Source: Thermoprotei archaeon
Lineage (GTDB): Archaea; Thermoproteota; Thermoprotei; Thermoproteales; B15-G16
Length of the DNA: 49,045 nucleotides
Assembly (NCBI GenBank): GCA_003649205.1
Contig: QMRC01000014.1
Location: 1-49,045, forward strand
Direction: 5' to 3'
Made by a program: the position numbers and the translations under genes. Of this stretch, positions 8,394 through 20,362 are shown one piece after another. Below the pieces are notes generated by a model. That model ran no database searches. It had not been told where the DNA came from and saw nothing but the letters and a program-made list of their open reading frames with translations. Numbering within the stretch: position 1 is the first letter of the stretch; every line of letters begins with the position of its first letter.

Positions 8394-11072
8394 GTGAGAG
8401 AGATGAGTCAGGTAGTAACACCAGTAGCTGAGGTACCTCTCAAGAAGATTAAGGGCATTAAGTTCGGCATACTGTCACCTGACATTATAAGGAAGATGTC
8501 GGTGACACAGATAGTGACAGCAGATACCTACGATGAGGACGGCATGCCAATTAGGTCAGGTCTAATGGACAGGAGACTAGGTAGCATAGAGCCAGGTGTT
8601 AGATGTGAGACCTGTGGAAATACAATGGCTCATTGCCCTGGTCACTTCGGTCATATTGAACTAGCTAGACCTGTTATTCACGTCCTATTTGTCAAGCACA
8701 TATACAATATCTTGAGAGCAACCTGTAGGGAATGTGGTAGGTTGCTGCTACCACCTGAAGAGATTGAGAGGTATAAGCGTAGACTTGAGAGATTGAAGAA
8801 GCACTGGAGATTACTAGCTCAGAAGCTCTGTGATCAGATACTGAAGAGAGCTAGTAAGGTAACAGTGTGTCCACACTGCAATGCACCACAGTATAAGATC
8901 AAGCTAGAGAAGCCATATACCTTCTACGAGGAGAGAGAAGGTGGAGCACTAGTTAGGCTCTACCCAACAGATATCAGGAGTAGACTTGAGAAGGTACCTG
9001 ATGACGACCTTAGGTTACTAGGCTACGACCCAGAGGTAGCTAGACCAGAGTGGATGGTACTAACAGTCCTACCAGTACCACCAACCTGTGTTAGACCATC
9101 GATAACACTCGAGTCAGGTATAAGATCTGAAGACGACCTAACACACAAGTTAGTCGACATCATAAGGACAAATCAGAAACTCAAGGAGAACCTAGAGAGT
9201 GGAGCACCACAGAACATAATTGATGACCTCTGGTCACTACTACAGTACCACATAGCGACCTACTTCGACAATGAACTACCCGGAGCACCACAGGCAAAAC
9301 ATAGATCACAGAGACCACTAAAGACACTAGCACAGAGATTAAAGGGTAAGGAAGGTAGGTTCAGAGGTAACCTCTCAGGAAAGAGAGTAGACTTCTCAGC
9401 AAGAACAGTAATCTCACCAGATCCTAACCTAAGCATCAATGAGGTCGGTGTACCAATTGATGTAGCTAAAATCCTCACAGTACCAGAGAGAGTAACTGAG
9501 TACAACATAGAGGAGCTTAGAGAGCTAGTCATTAGGGGACCAGACCAGTACCCAGGCGCAAACTACGTAATTAGACCAGATGGTAGGAGAATAGATCTTA
9601 GGTACGTAAAGGATAGACACGCACTAGCACAGCAGTTAGGTCCTGGATGGATTGTTGAGAGACATCTGAGAGACGGCGACATAGTGCTCTTCAATAGACA
9701 GCCATCACTTCACAGAATGTCAATGATGGGTCACATAGTTAGAGTACTACCAGGTAGAACATTTAGATTACACCTATGTGTCTGTCCACCATACAACGCT
9801 GACTTCGATGGAGATGAGATGAACCTCCATGTACCACAGACCGAAGAGGCAAGAGCCGAAGCTAGGTTACTGTGTCTAGTTCAGGAACACATACTATCAC
9901 CAAGGTATGGTGGGCCGATTATTGGTGCAACACAGGACTACATAACAGGTGCGTACCTACTAACGAGGAAGGATACCCTCCTAACCAAGGAGCAGGTATG
10001 TAAGTTACTTGCAGCTGCTAAGTACGTAGGTGACTTACCAGAACCAGCATTCCTCAAACCTAAGGAGCTATGGACTGGGAAGCAGCTGGTATCTCTATTT
10101 CTACCGAAGGACATATTCTTCGAGATGAAGGCTGCTGTATGCAACAAGTGTGCCGAGTGCAGGAAAGAGGATTGCCCATTCGACTCATACATTAAGATCG
10201 TTAAGGGAGAGATGGTGTGTGGTGTACTGGACAAGAACGCAATCGGTGCACAGAAACCTGAAAACCTACTACATAGGATAACTCTCGAGTACGGTACTGA
10301 TGTTGGTAGAGACTTCATCGATAGAGTATTCAGAATGTTCCTAAGATACCTAGATTATAGAGGATTCACAATGGGTCTAGATTCACTAGATGTACCATCT
10401 GAAGCATACGAGGAACTCAAGAAACTATATGACGAAGCAGAAGCACAGATCAGGAAGTTAATCGAGGAGTATAGAGCTGGTAAGCTAGAGGCACTACCTG
10501 GATACACAATTGAGGAAACTCTCGAAGCTAGGATCACTGAGATACTTGAGGTAGTTAGAACGAAAGCTACAGAAATGGCTGGAAAGTACCTAGATGTCTT
10601 CACGAGTGAAGCAATGATAATGGCTAAGTCAGGTGCTAGAGCAAACATCCTCAACATAGCGCAGATGTGCCTTTGCCTAGGACCACAGACAGTACGTGGT
10701 GAGAGAATTAAGAGAGGTTACAGAAACAGAACACTACCAGTATTTGAACCAGGCGACATAGGTGCAGCAGCTAGAGGCTTCGTATTTAGCTGTCTAAAGA
10801 AAGGACTCAAACCATATGAGTTCTTCTTCCACGCAGCAAGTGGAAGAGATGGTTTAGTAGATACAGCAGTGAGAACAGCACAGAGCGGTTACATGCAGCG
10901 TAGATTGATTAATGCACTACAGGACGTGTACGTAGCATACGACGGTACTGTCAGGACATCTGATGGATCTATCGTACAGTTCAGATATGGTGAGGACGGC
11001 ACTGACCCATCTAGGAGCTACCATGGTAAGTCTGTGGACTTGAACTACGTAGTGAGTAAGGTACTTGGATAG
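8394..11072 (+). CDS. rpoA1: RNA polymerase subunit Rpo1N (A')
   Basis: [10 protein letters not shown], catalytic [11 protein letters not shown] and bridge helix [11 protein letters not shown]. Start may be the ATG at 8403. Confidence 0.99.
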   Translation: MREMSQVVTPVAEVPLKKIKGIKFGILSPDIIRKMSVTQIVTADTYDEDGMPIRSGLMDRRLGSIEPGVRCETCGNTMAHCPGHFGHIELARPVIHVLFVKHIYNILRATCRECGRLLLPPEEIERYKRRLERLKKHWRLLAQKLCDQILKRASKVTVCPHCNAPQYKIKLEKPYTFYEEREGGALVRLYPTDIRSRLEKVPDDDLRLLGYDPEVARPEWMVLTVLPVPPTCVRPSITLESGIRSEDDLTHKLVDIIRTNQKLKENLESGAPQNIIDDLWSLLQYHIATYFDNELPGAPQAKHRSQRPLKTLAQRLKGKEGRFRGNLSGKRVDFSARTVISPDPNLSINEVGVPIDVAKILTVPERVTEYNIEELRELVIRGPDQYPGANYVIRPDGRRIDLRYVKDRHALAQQLGPGWIVERHLRDGDIVLFNRQPSLHRMSMMGHIVRVLPGRTFRLHLCVCPPYNADFDGDEMNLHVPQTEEARAEARLLCLVQEHILSPRYGGPIIGATQDYITGAYLLTRKDTLLTKEQVCKLLAAAKYVGDLPEPAFLKPKELWTGKQLVSLFLPKDIFFEMKAAVCNKCAECRKEDCPFDSYIKIVKGEMVCGVLDKNAIGAQKPENLLHRITLEYGTDVGRDFIDRVFRMFLRYLDYRGFTMGLDSLDVPSEAYEELKKLYDEAEAQIRKLIEEYRAGKLEALPGYTIEETLEARITEILEVVRTKATEMAGKYLDVFTSEAMIMAKSGARANILNIAQMCLCLGPQTVRGERIKRGYRNRTLPVFEPGDIGAAARGFVFSCLKKGLKPYEFFFHAASGRDGLVDTAVRTAQSGYMQRRLINALQDVYVAYDGTVRTSDGSIVQFRYGEDGTDPSRSYHGKSVDLNYVVSKVLG

Positions 11073-11074
11073 AG

Positions 11075-12271
11075 GTGTATTGTATGGTTGTTGTCGAGGA
11101 TGTTCGTAATAAGGTGTTAACAATTGAAGAGATTGAAGCCAGATTAGCACTGTTAGAAGGGCAATTGCCTAGGAAGCTGATTGAAGAGCTACTGAGTGAA
11201 CTCAGTAAACGTAAGGTCACTGGTAAACAGCTTGAGGAGGTTATAAGGGAGATACTGAGGAGATTTAGGAAGGCACTAGTTGATCCTGGTGAAGCTGTTG
11301 GAATTGTTGGTGCGCAGTCTATCGGTGAACCAAGTACACAGATGATCCTGAGATCCTTCCACTTCGCTGGTATTAGAGCGTTCTCAATGGCTCTCAGCTT
11401 ACCGAGACTAATAGAGATCGTGGATGCTAGGAAGAAGCCAAGTATACCATCCATGACCGTGTACCTAGACGAAGAGCATAGGTATGACTTGAATAAGGCT
11501 AGAGAGATTGCTCAGCAAATTCAGCTAACAACTATCGAAAACGTTGCTAGAAGCACCGAGATAGATTACGTGAACTTCGCTATAGTGATTGAGCTAGATC
11601 CAGAGATACTTAGAGACCGAGGATTAACTGTTGAGGACGTTAAGAAAGCACTAGAGAAAGCTAAAGGTAGAGGTGGTGAGGTTGAGGTACAGGGCTACAC
11701 AATAATCTTTAGACCAGCAGTCACTGACCTACTTAAGCTCAGGAAGATAAGGGATAGAATACTGAACCTCAGGTTAAAGGGTTTAAAAAACGTTAAGAAG
11801 GCAATAGTTAGGAGAGATGAGAAGACTGGTGAGTACTACATAGTTACTGAAGGTACGAACTTAGCTGCTGTACTGACTATACCTGGAGTAGACTCAAGAA
11901 GGACTCTATCAAATGATATTCATGAAGTAGCTGAGGTGTTAGGTATTGAAGCTGCCAGAACAGTGATCATTCAGGAGATGCAGAAGGTACTAGAGCAGCA
12001 AGGTCTAGAAGTTGATGTTAGACATTTAATGCTCGTAGCAGACATCATGACACAGACAGGTAGGATAAGGCAGATTGGTAGACATGGAGTTGCTGGTGAG
12101 AAACCTAGTGTACTAGCTAGAGCAGCATTTGAAGTAACCGTTCACCACCTGGTGAATGCAGCTGCTAGAGGAGAATTCGATGAGTTGAGAGGTGTTACGG
12201 AGAATGTAATTGTCGGTAATCCCATTCCTGTAGGTACAGGATTAGTTGAGCTATTGATGAGTCATGAGTAG
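11075..12271 (+). CDS. rpoA2: RNA polymerase subunit Rpo1C (A'')
   Basis: PGEAVG, AQSIGEP, RHLMLVADIMT, GVTENVIVG. True start probably the ATG at 11084. Confidence 0.98.
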   Translation: MYCMVVVEDVRNKVLTIEEIEARLALLEGQLPRKLIEELLSELSKRKVTGKQLEEVIREILRRFRKALVDPGEAVGIVGAQSIGEPSTQMILRSFHFAGIRAFSMALSLPRLIEIVDARKKPSIPSMTVYLDEEHRYDLNKAREIAQQIQLTTIENVARSTEIDYVNFAIVIELDPEILRDRGLTVEDVKKALEKAKGRGGEVEVQGYTIIFRPAVTDLLKLRKIRDRILNLRLKGLKNVKKAIVRRDEKTGEYYIVTEGTNLAAVLTIPGVDSRRTLSNDIHEVAEVLGIEAARTVIIQEMQKVLEQQGLEVDVRHLMLVADIMTQTGRIRQIGRHGVAGEKPSVLARAAFEVTVHHLVNAAARGEFDELRGVTENVIVGNPIPVGTGLVELLMSHE

Positions 12272-12305
12272 AGTTTATAAGTGAATCGTATTGGGGTGTG
12301 TGTAG

Positions 12306-12620
12306 ATGATTGATATTGGACGTGAATTGAGAGTTGCAATGAGTACAGGAAAGGTAATATTAGGATCTAGAAGGACTATAAAGGCTATTTTACATGGTAA
12401 GGCCAAGCTAGTTATAATAGCTGCTAACTGCCCCAAGGAGATTAAGGAAGATATCCTCAGGTACGCTAAGTTGGCTAAAGTACCAGTCTTCACCTACCCT
12501 GGCTCAAGTTGGGAGTTGGGTGCTGCCTGTGGTAAACCATTTATGGTTGCTGCACTTGCTGTAGTTGATCCAGGTGAAAGCGAGATTATGACTCTAGCTG
12601 GTAGTAGTGAGGTGAAGTAG
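12306..12620 (+). CDS. rpl30e: 50S ribosomal protein L30e
   Basis: TGKVILG, ELGAACGKPF, DPGESEI. Confidence 0.97.
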   Translation: MIDIGRELRVAMSTGKVILGSRRTIKAILHGKAKLVIIAANCPKEIKEDILRYAKLAKVPVFTYPGSSWELGAACGKPFMVAALAVVDPGESEIMTLAGSSEVK

Positions 12621-12621
12621 T

Positions 12622-13056
12622 ATGCCCAATATTCGTCTAACAGAAGAAGAGTTGAGGTATATAGCTCTCTTCGAAAACATCACGGGTGTACCCGCAAGAG
12701 ATTGCGTAATAGATAGAGCAAACGACAGGATAATATTTATAGTGGATAAGGGATTTGCTGGTTTAGCTGTTGGTAAGGGAGGAGTTAACATAAGGAGGAT
12801 CAGAGAACTCATTGGGAAGAGCGTTGAGGTTGTTGAGTATGGTGAAACTCCTGAGGAACTTATCAAGAATTGCCTGTATCCAGCTAAGGTACTTGCAGTT
12901 AAGATAACTAAGACAGCTAATGGTAGGAAGGTAGCTGTAGCAACAGTAGCGCCACAGGAGAAAGCTATTGCAATTGGTAAGGGAGGAAAGAATATTAATA
13001 GAGCTAGAATCCTAGCTAAGAGGTACTTCGATATAGATTGGGTAACAATAGCATGA
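12622..13056 (+). CDS. nusA: Archaeal NusA (KH-domain transcription factor)
   Basis: Two KH motifs GLAVGKGG and [11 protein letters not shown]; conserved position in the operon. Confidence 0.95.
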   Translation: MPNIRLTEEELRYIALFENITGVPARDCVIDRANDRIIFIVDKGFAGLAVGKGGVNIRRIRELIGKSVEVVEYGETPEELIKNCLYPAKVLAVKITKTANGRKVAVATVAPQEKAIAIGKGGKNINRARILAKRYFDIDWVTIA

Positions 13057-13066
13057 GGTAGGTAGT

Positions 13067-13510
13067 ATGCCAGGTAAGAAATCACCTACAGGTCTCTTCG
13101 CAGCTAGGAAATTGAGGTTGAAGAGGAAGAAGTTTAGGTGGAGTGACCTGCACTATAAGAGGAAGGTACTTGGTATAGCTAAGAAGTACGATCCGCTAGA
13201 GGGTGCACCAATGGCTAGAGGTATCGTTCTTGAGAAGATAGGTATTGAAGCTAGGAAACCAAACAGTGCTGTTAGGAAGTGCGTTAGAGTTCAATTAGTT
13301 AAGAATGGTAAGGTAGTTACAGCATTCGTACCAGGCGACGGTGCGCTAAACTTCATTGATGAACATGATGAGGTTATCATAGAGAGAATTGGTGGTCCAG
13401 AAGGTAGAGCATATGGCGATCTACCTGGTGTAAGATTTAAGGTAGTTATGGTTAATGGGGTCTCACTTAAGGCACTACTACTTGGTAAGAAACAGAAGCC
13501 CATTAGGTAG
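13067..13510 (+). CDS. rps12: 30S ribosomal protein S12 (uS12)
   Basis: [27 protein letters not shown]. Confidence 0.98.
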   Translation: MPGKKSPTGLFAARKLRLKRKKFRWSDLHYKRKVLGIAKKYDPLEGAPMARGIVLEKIGIEARKPNSAVRKCVRVQLVKNGKVVTAFVPGDGALNFIDEHDEVIIERIGGPEGRAYGDLPGVRFKVVMVNGVSLKALLLGKKQKPIR

Positions 13511-13524
13511 AGGGTGGGTAGTAG

Positions 13525-14349
13525 TTGCCAGTAGAGGTCAAGGTTCTGGAGAAACGCAATAACTACGTTAAGTTCATTATATCTGGTGTACCTGTAGCCT
13601 TTGTTAACTCGCTTAGGAGAACTATAATAGCTGAAGTACCTGTTATGGCAATTGATGAGGTAGTGATTCTAGACAATACGTCGGTTATGTATGATGAGGT
13701 TTTAGCACATAGATTAGCACTAATACCTCTGAAGACTGATCTAGAGAGTTACGTACTTCCAGAAGAGTGTGTTTGTGGTGGAATTGGTTGTTCCAGATGT
13801 CAAGTGAAGCTAGTGCTCGACGTAGAGGCTAAGGATGGAGATCTCATGGTCTATTCAGGTCACTTAAAGAGTGAAGACCCAGCAATAGTACCTGTTAGCG
13901 ATAAGATACCAATAGTTAAGTTGGCTAAGGGTCAGAGGATAGTGCTAGAGGCATATGCTAGGTTGGGTAGAGGTAGAGATCACGCTAAGTGGCAACCAGG
14001 TTTAGCAGCTTACAAGTACATGCCGAAGATAGTCATTGACGAAAGTAAGTGTAATGGATGTGGAGTTTGTGTTCAGAATTGTCCGAGAAATGTCCTAGAG
14101 ATTAAAGACGGTAAGGTTACCGTGTCTAAACTCCTTGACTGTAACCTCTGTAGATACTGTGAGATCGTTTGTCCAACAAAGGCTATTAGAGTGGAGCACG
14201 AGGATAGTACATATGTGTTCTTTGTTGAGTCCTTTGGCCAGCTAGATGTGAAGACCCTAGTACTGAAAGCTCTTGAGGTACTTGATCAAAAGTGCGTAAA
14301 GTTCTTAGAGGAGTGTGAACATGCGATAGAGGAATTCAAGAAGGAGTGA
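13525..14349 (+). CDS. rpoD: RNA polymerase subunit Rpo3 (D) with ferredoxin-like insert
   Basis: [31 protein letters not shown] and two CxxCxxCxxxCP motifs. Confidence 0.97.
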   Translation: MPVEVKVLEKRNNYVKFIISGVPVAFVNSLRRTIIAEVPVMAIDEVVILDNTSVMYDEVLAHRLALIPLKTDLESYVLPEECVCGGIGCSRCQVKLVLDVEAKDGDLMVYSGHLKSEDPAIVPVSDKIPIVKLAKGQRIVLEAYARLGRGRDHAKWQPGLAAYKYMPKIVIDESKCNGCGVCVQNCPRNVLEIKDGKVTVSKLLDCNLCRYCEIVCPTKAIRVEHEDSTYVFFVESFGQLDVKTLVLKALEVLDQKCVKFLEECEHAIEEFKKE

Positions 14350-14353
14350 GAAT

Positions 14354-14782
14354 ATGCCAGCACCCACAGGACCTACCAGTAAGGAGATTAGATTACTCAT
14401 TAGGTTACTGAGAAAAGCGTATAGAGCATATGGCGCACCTATATGGAGGTACGTAGCTGAGTTACTGGAGAAACCCACTAGATTGAGGAAGCTCTTTGCT
14501 GTTAACATCAGTAAGGTAAATAGGTACACCAAAGCTGGAGATACTGTTGTCGTTCCAGCTAAGGTCTTAGGTGCAGGAACGCTTGACCACCCTGTCACCG
14601 TTGCAGCACTTAAGTTCTCGAAATCAGCATTGGAGAAGATTAAGGCTGCTGGTGGCGAAGCTATCTCTATACCTGAACTAATTAGGAGAAATCCTAGAGG
14701 AAGCGGTGTTAAGATTTTAATTGGTAGTACTAAGAAGAGGTACCGCACCGAGGTTAAGTATAGGATTGAGGTGAAGAAGTAG
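14354..14782 (+). CDS. rpl18e: 50S ribosomal protein L18e
   Basis: [29 protein letters not shown]. Confidence 0.95.
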   Translation: MPAPTGPTSKEIRLLIRLLRKAYRAYGAPIWRYVAELLEKPTRLRKLFAVNISKVNRYTKAGDTVVVPAKVLGAGTLDHPVTVAALKFSKSALEKIKAAGGEAISIPELIRRNPRGSGVKILIGSTKKRYRTEVKYRIEVKK

Positions 14783-14783
14783 T

Positions 14784-15380
14784 ATGTCACCACTTAGAGA
14801 TAGCATGTTTGTAATTGCAAAACCGGGGCAAATAAGCAGGAGACCCATGATTAGAGGTTTCCCACCCGATGTACCTATTAGAGTCATTAATGCTGAGAAG
14901 CACATTGTCGGTAGACTTGCGAGTGTAGTAGCTAAGAGATTACTCCTTGGTGAGTACATCGTTATAGTGAACGCTGAGAAAGCCGTCATAACAGGAGACC
15001 CCCTTAGAGTTACTAGGTGGTATCTGAAGAGAATTGTTGAGTGGTGTACACACTATAATCCGGAGAAAGCAGGTCCCAAGATCCCTAGAACACCTGACAG
15101 AATCCTAAAGAGAATTATTAGGGGTATGCTACCTAGAAAAACTTGGAGAGGTAGAATGGCATTCAAGAGACTTAGAGTATTCATTGGTGTTCCTGAAGAA
15201 TTCAGGGACTTACCTCACGAGATAATTCCGGAAGCAATGCTCAGGGATGAGACTAAACCGCACATAACCCTTGAGGAACTCTGTAGAAGAGTTGGAGGGT
15301 ACCCACCAAAGTATGTTAGGAAAAAGTTAACAACTCGCTACATAAAGTTGCCTATTACAGGTAGTGAAGGAACACCTTAG
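14784..15380 (+). CDS. rpl13: 50S ribosomal protein L13 (uL13)
   Basis: VGRLASVVAK, VNAEKAVITG, IRGMLP; has an N-terminal extension. Confidence 0.95.
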   Translation: MSPLRDSMFVIAKPGQISRRPMIRGFPPDVPIRVINAEKHIVGRLASVVAKRLLLGEYIVIVNAEKAVITGDPLRVTRWYLKRIVEWCTHYNPEKAGPKIPRTPDRILKRIIRGMLPRKTWRGRMAFKRLRVFIGVPEEFRDLPHEIIPEAMLRDETKPHITLEELCRRVGGYPPKYVRKKLTTRYIKLPITGSEGTP

Positions 15381-15390
15381 GTGATTAGTT

Positions 15391-15873
15391 ATGAGTCAGC
15401 AACCTAGTACACAAGCTCCAGAAATTCAGCAACCAAGGGTGCTAGGAGCTAAGGTAGTTCAGGTTGGAACAACTAAGGTAGTTATTTCCGTTGGTAAGAA
15501 GAAGACAGCAATAGCTAGAGCAGTCATTAGGCCTGGTAGAGGGCGTGTGAGAATAAATGGTATTCCTCTTGAAATATATGAGCCTGAGCTAGCTAGATTG
15601 AGGATGATGGAGCCATTAGTCCTAGCTGGTGAGCAAATATGGAATTCAGTTGACATAGATGTTAACGTGAAGGGTGGTGGAGTTATGGGACAGGCAAGTG
15701 CTGTCAGGATGGCAATAGCTAGGGGATTAGTACTGTACACTGGTTCTGAGGAGCTAAAGAGGTTGTACGAGGAGTACGATAGGTCGATGCTAGCTGGCGA
15801 TCCTAGAAGAACAGAACCCAAGAAACCAGGTAGGAAACACGCTAGATCTAAAAGACAGAAGGCATATAGGTGA
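15391..15873 (+). CDS. rps9: 30S ribosomal protein S9 (uS9)
   Basis: [32 protein letters not shown]. Confidence 0.97.
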   Translation: MSQQPSTQAPEIQQPRVLGAKVVQVGTTKVVISVGKKKTAIARAVIRPGRGRVRINGIPLEIYEPELARLRMMEPLVLAGEQIWNSVDIDVNVKGGGVMGQASAVRMAIARGLVLYTGSEELKRLYEEYDRSMLAGDPRRTEPKKPGRKHARSKRQKAYR

Positions 15874-15878
15874 TATGT

Positions 15879-16103
15879 ATGCTATTCCCCATACGTTGCT
15901 TCACATGTGGTGCATTGATTGGAGATAAGTGGGAGGAATTTAAACGAAGAGTTGAGAGAGGTGAACACCCAGCTAAGGTGCTCGATGATCTCGGTATTAA
16001 GAGATACTGCTGTAGGAGGATGTTCTTATCAGCAATTGAGTACATAGATGGTGTACTTATGTATGAAAAGGTAACTATGGAAAAGCATACAAGTCATTAC
16101 TGA
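15879..16103 (+). CDS. rpoN: RNA polymerase subunit Rpo10 (N)
   Basis: PIRCFTCG and RYCCRRM. ATG at 15879 preferred as start. Confidence 0.97.
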   Translation: MLFPIRCFTCGALIGDKWEEFKRRVERGEHPAKVLDDLGIKRYCCRRMFLSAIEYIDGVLMYEKVTMEKHTSHY

Positions 16104-19100
16104 ATTCTTTTCACACCAATTACGTACTTACTACCATCAATCTCCCACTCAGTGACCAGATCACCCGTTACCTCATCTCTACTACCCACAAACTTTACCT
16201 TCCTTGCTCTAGTCTCTGAAGCAATGAAGTGAGTGTACTGTTTAATTAGCTCGATCTCTGACTCAGGACCATAGACCACGACCTCGATAGTAGCATCGAG
16301 AGGTAGATCCAACACCTTTCTCATGTACTGAATCCTCCTGACGACATCTCTCGCAAGTCCTTCAGCTATCTCCTCTTTCGTTAAGGTTGTAGAGAGGATT
16401 ACCTTGAAGTTCCTCGTCTCTGTTATCAAGTAATCTGTCTGCGGTTCCTCACGTATATTAATCATATCCCTAGATAATCTAACTACTTGACCTTCAATCT
16501 CGAATTCTATGCACCCTTTCTCGAGAAGTGCCGCAGCTATATCCTCAGGTCTCTGCTTGCTTAAGTACTCTACGATCTTCTTCGTTAATCCACGGTATAC
16601 AGGACCTATCTTACTGAATACAGGCTCAATGACATACCTTATGAACTTACGTACCTCAGAACTAGGCACTACCTCAACCTTCTTGACGTTACACTGAGTT
16701 AAGAGTATCTTCCTATACATGTCAATTGCTTCACGTACTTCCTGTGAGTCCGTAGCTATTACTAACTCACGAAGTGGCCACCTTCGCTTCACGCCTGCTT
16801 TCATTCTCAAAGCACTGACCTTCTCAACAATTTCCTTGACCACATCCATCAATCTCTCACACCTCTCATCGATTAGCTTCTCATCTGGAAGTGGGTACTC
16901 TAGGTAGTGTATGCTCTCCGGTGCTTCCTTGAGAGCTGGTCTAAACATCCTCTGGTATATGGCTTCAGTTATCATTGGTAGGAATGGGGCAAGCAACCTC
17001 AGCAGTTTCTCGAGGACGTAGAATAGCGTTATGTATGCTGTTAACTTCTCTAACCTCTCCTCCTCAATCCATACTCTCCTACGTATGAGCATTATGTACC
17101 AGTGACTTAAGTCCTCAACTGTGAATCTTCTCAGTGCTCTAACTGCTTCATGTATATGGTAGCTCTCAAGCGCATTGACGACTACCTTGTTCACAGAGTT
17201 TACTCTCGATATTATCCACCTATCCTCAGGTTCTAGTACATGGAGGTAATCCTCCAACCTATACTTCTCTGGATCAAACTTATCGAGGTTCATGTACGTC
17301 GATGCGAAGTAGTAGACATTCCAAAGAATATTGAGGTCACTGTACGCCTCTTCAACCTTCTTCCACGAGAACCTCAAATCTTCCCAAACGGTGTTACTAA
17401 GTACGAAGAGTCTTAATGCCTCTCTACAGTACTTCTCAATGACTTCATTTGGAGCTACGTAATTGCCAAGTGACTTATGCATTTCTCTACCCTGTTCATC
17501 TAGTGTGAATCCGTGCATGAGAACAGTTCTGTATGGTGCTTGATCAAATGCTATTACGGATGCTCTCAGGAGTGAGAAGAACCAACCGGCTATCTGATCA
17601 TGTCCTTCAGTTATGAAGTCCACTGGGTACAGCTTATTAAAGAGCTCTGAATTCCTCGGATATCCAAGAGAGGCGAAGAATGCTATACCTGAGTCTAGCC
17701 ATACATCAGCTACATCAGGTACCCTCCTCATCTCTCCACCACATTTCTCACATCTAAGCACTACCCTATCAATCCATGGCTTATGTAGATCAGGTAACTC
17801 AACTTTCTCAATAGCTCTCTCCAAGAGCTCTTCTCTTGAACCAATGACGACGTAGTGACCACACTTCGTACAAACCCATATTGGTAGCGGTATACCCCAG
17901 TACCTCTGTCTCGAAATTACCCAATCTCTCAAGTTCATTAACCAGTTCCTAAACCTAGCAGATCCAGCCCATGCAGGAATCCAATTAACCTTCGCTGCTT
18001 CCTCTAGGAATCTATCCTTTAACTTCGTTATCTCTATGAACCACTGCTCAGTTGCACGATATATGAGCGGCGTCTTACACCTCCAACATACTGGATACCT
18101 GTGAACTATCTTACCTACGTGAAGTAGGTAACCCTTCCTCTCTAAGTCAGAGATTATTACAGAGTTCGCTTCTCTAACATATAGATTAGCGTACTTACCT
18201 GCTTCACTAGTGAACCTACCTCTCGAATCTACGGGACACAGTACTGGGAGACCATACCTCTTAGCTACTTCAAAGTCCTCTTCACCATGACCAGGTGCTG
18301 TGTGTACACAACCTGTACCCTCTTCCATTGTCACGAACTCTCTAGATGTCACAACTACATGTCTTATCTGCCTCTGAATTGGTACCTCATCAGCTAGAGG
18401 ATGCTCGTACTCTAGACCTTGCAGAGCTTCACCAGGAAACTCCTCCAGTACCTCTACCTCACCTAGGTTGCACTCCTTGATGACGTGTTCTAGTCTTGGC
18501 TTAGCTAGTATCAATACCTCACCTGTCTTCTTAACCTTGACCCTGACGTAGGTATGGTCTGGATGCACCATGACGGCTACGTTAGCTGGTAATGTCCAGG
18601 GTGTCGTTGTCCAGATGACTATGTACTCACGTTCTCTACCCTTAACCGGAAACTTCACGTATATTGATGGATCCTCCAACTCTCTATACTCCGTAACCTC
18701 GTAATCAGCTAGAACGGTCTCACACCTAGGGCACCAGTGAAGTACCTTGAGACCACGCTTCAGCAAACCTCTCTCATGAGCCTTCTTAATGAACCACCAA
18801 GCAGCTTCAATATACTCATTCGTTAGCGTTAAGTATGGTCTGTCCCAATTAAGTGATACACCTAGATCCTTGAAGTACTTAGTCATAGAGGCTGCATTTG
18901 CGAGAGCTAGCTTCCTACACTCCTCAATAAACTTATCAACACCAAGCTCCTCAATGTCCTTCTTTGACTTGAAACCTAGTTTTTTCTCAACGGCAACCTC
19001 TATCGGTAAGCCATGACAGTCGTAGCCAGGTACGTCATGTACGTAGTAACCTCTCATTCTCCTGTACCTAACAACAACATCCTTTAGTATCTTGTTCCAG

Positions 19101-19285
19101 CAAGTACCTATGTGAGGAACGTCTGAGGATGGGTACGGTGGGCCATCCAGGAAGTAGAATTTAGGTCTTCCTCTCAACCTCTCTCTTAACTTCTCGTATA
19201 TCCTATTCTCGTCCCAGAACTTGAGCACTTCCTCCTCAAACTTCTTAGGCTCAAATACCTTCGGTATAAGACCTACGGTACCCAT
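16097..19285 (-). CDS. ileS: Isoleucyl-tRNA synthetase
   Basis: DGPPY...[44 protein letters not shown]. Confidence 0.97.
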   Translation of the reverse strand: MGTVGLIPKVFEPKKFEEEVLKFWDENRIYEKLRERLRGRPKFYFLDGPPYPSSDVPHIGTCWNKILKDVVVRYRRMRGYYVHDVPGYDCHGLPIEVAVEKKLGFKSKKDIEELGVDKFIEECRKLALANAASMTKYFKDLGVSLNWDRPYLTLTNEYIEAAWWFIKKAHERGLLKRGLKVLHWCPRCETVLADYEVTEYRELEDPSIYVKFPVKGREREYIVIWTTTPWTLPANVAVMVHPDHTYVRVKVKKTGEVLILAKPRLEHVIKECNLGEVEVLEEFPGEALQGLEYEHPLADEVPIQRQIRHVVVTSREFVTMEEGTGCVHTAPGHGEEDFEVAKRYGLPVLCPVDSRGRFTSEAGKYANLYVREANSVIISDLERKGYLLHVGKIVHRYPVCWRCKTPLIYRATEQWFIEITKLKDRFLEEAAKVNWIPAWAGSARFRNWLMNLRDWVISRQRYWGIPLPIWVCTKCGHYVVIGSREELLERAIEKVELPDLHKPWIDRVVLRCEKCGGEMRRVPDVADVWLDSGIAFFASLGYPRNSELFNKLYPVDFITEGHDQIAGWFFSLLRASVIAFDQAPYRTVLMHGFTLDEQGREMHKSLGNYVAPNEVIEKYCREALRLFVLSNTVWEDLRFSWKKVEEAYSDLNILWNVYYFASTYMNLDKFDPEKYRLEDYLHVLEPEDRWIISRVNSVNKVVVNALESYHIHEAVRALRRFTVEDLSHWYIMLIRRRVWIEEERLEKLTAYITLFYVLEKLLRLLAPFLPMITEAIYQRMFRPALKEAPESIHYLEYPLPDEKLIDERCERLMDVVKEIVEKVSALRMKAGVKRRWPLRELVIATDSQEVREAIDMYRKILLTQCNVKKVEVVPSSEVRKFIRYVIEPVFSKIGPVYRGLTKKIVEYLSKQRPEDIAAALLEKGCIEFEIEGQVVRLSRDMINIREEPQTDYLITETRNFKVILSTTLTKEEIAEGLARDVVRRIQYMRKVLDLPLDATIEVVVYGPESEIELIKQYTHFIASETRARKVKFVGSRDEVTGDLVTEWEIDGSKYVIGVKRIQ

Positions 19286-19476
19286 AGTACCAACACCACT
19301 AAGGATAATGAGCTTAGGAGTAGCTTCGGTACGTTAACTGGATAGGAGTTTTTTATCTCGTGTAAGCATGCTTTTAGTTGTAGTAGCAAATCAATTATTG
19401 ATCCCTCTCGTTAGGTTCTCAGTTCCCAAGTACTAATGAGGTATTTTTACTTTTTGCTATTACTGTGTGTCAATCG

Positions 19477-19527
19477 ATGATGAGGTGGTCCGGGGTACCT
19501 GATGGGTGATTGAATGGGGCCAGCTGA
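19477..19527 (+). ncRNA. C/D-box sRNA (2'-O-methylation guide)
   Basis: Box C ATGATGA (19477-83), D' CTGA (19499-502), C' GTGATTGA, D CTGA (19524-27); about 51 nt. Confidence 0.75.
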
Positions 19528-19891
19528 GAACTGTGCTGTTGTGTTTAATGGTTTAGTGGAGGACTATCTCTGTTTGAGGTGGATTGCTAGATGTGGTTAC
19601 TCCACTATTTACCTCATAGTTCCCCTAAGGGCTTATTGTGATGCTGTTCTTAAGAGAGTTGAAGAGCTAAGGTTACAGACATTTGTTGTTGATTTAGATA
19701 ACTACGTAGTTGCTAAGAACTGTCTTCGGTATCTGTACGAGAGGTATGGTATTGGAGTTATTGCAGTGAGCGCTTCATGTCTCACAAGTGTACTGGAGAG
19801 AGTCTGTAGGGAGTTAGGTATAGTATTGAGAGTGCTTTCTACTCCATGCTATATCCCATGGTCTAGGGTCGCTACACGTACTATGGTGTGA
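19514..19891 (+). CDS. Hypothetical protein, possibly a degenerate PP-loop (Dph6/ANH-like) fold
   Basis: CAVVFNGLVED aligns with AVLFSGGKDS, and LERVCRELGI resembles Dph6-like ERVCEELGL. Confidence 0.55.
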   Translation: MGPAENCAVVFNGLVEDYLCLRWIARCGYSTIYLIVPLRAYCDAVLKRVEELRLQTFVVDLDNYVVAKNCLRYLYERYGIGVIAVSASCLTSVLERVCRELGIVLRVLSTPCYIPWSRVATRTMV

Positions 19892-19990
19892 CCTTATGTT
19901 GTTTACTGTACCTGTTTTTATAGATTGGGGATTTGAGAAGTAGGAACAAGCTTTAAAGTATCCTAGTCATTGATTTTGCAGGTGAATAAG

Positions 19991-20260
19991 ATGTCTAGAG
20001 TACCAATACCCTCAAGTGAGCTACCTCTAAAACATCTAGCTAAAGCGGTTAACAATAGGGTACTGGTTAAGTTGAAGGATGGTAGTGAGTACATTGGAGT
20101 ACTAGAGCTATGTGATAGCTGTATGAACTTGGTGCTCACAGATGCGTCAGAAATTAGAGAAGATACTCAGCAACCAATAACGAAGTATGGTAGGATACTG
20201 ATTAGAGGTAGCTTCATTCTGTTCGTAGCTTTGGATGCAACCAAGGTATCGCTACACTAG
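19991..20260 (+). CDS. Sm-like archaeal protein (SmAP/LSm)
   Basis: [14 protein letters not shown] and ILIRG Sm1/Sm2 motifs; lies upstream of mat. ATG at 19991 preferred as start. Confidence 0.92.
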   Translation: MSRVPIPSSELPLKHLAKAVNNRVLVKLKDGSEYIGVLELCDSCMNLVLTDASEIREDTQQPITKYGRILIRGSFILFVALDATKVSLH

Positions 20261-20362
20261 TGAGATAAGTGCTCGATTGATTAACTGCGGTAATGCTCAT
20301 CATAACCTCAATATGAAAATAGTTAATAAGGGTGCCTACTAATGTGGGTTTGGTGAACATTC

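Noticed and set aside
20261-20303. Possible minus-strand C/D sRNA (ATGATGA then gcattaccgcag, resembling the complement of the 16S 530 loop)
   Set aside because: No CTGA D' or D boxes at the right spacing, and the guide has two mismatches to the rRNA consensus.
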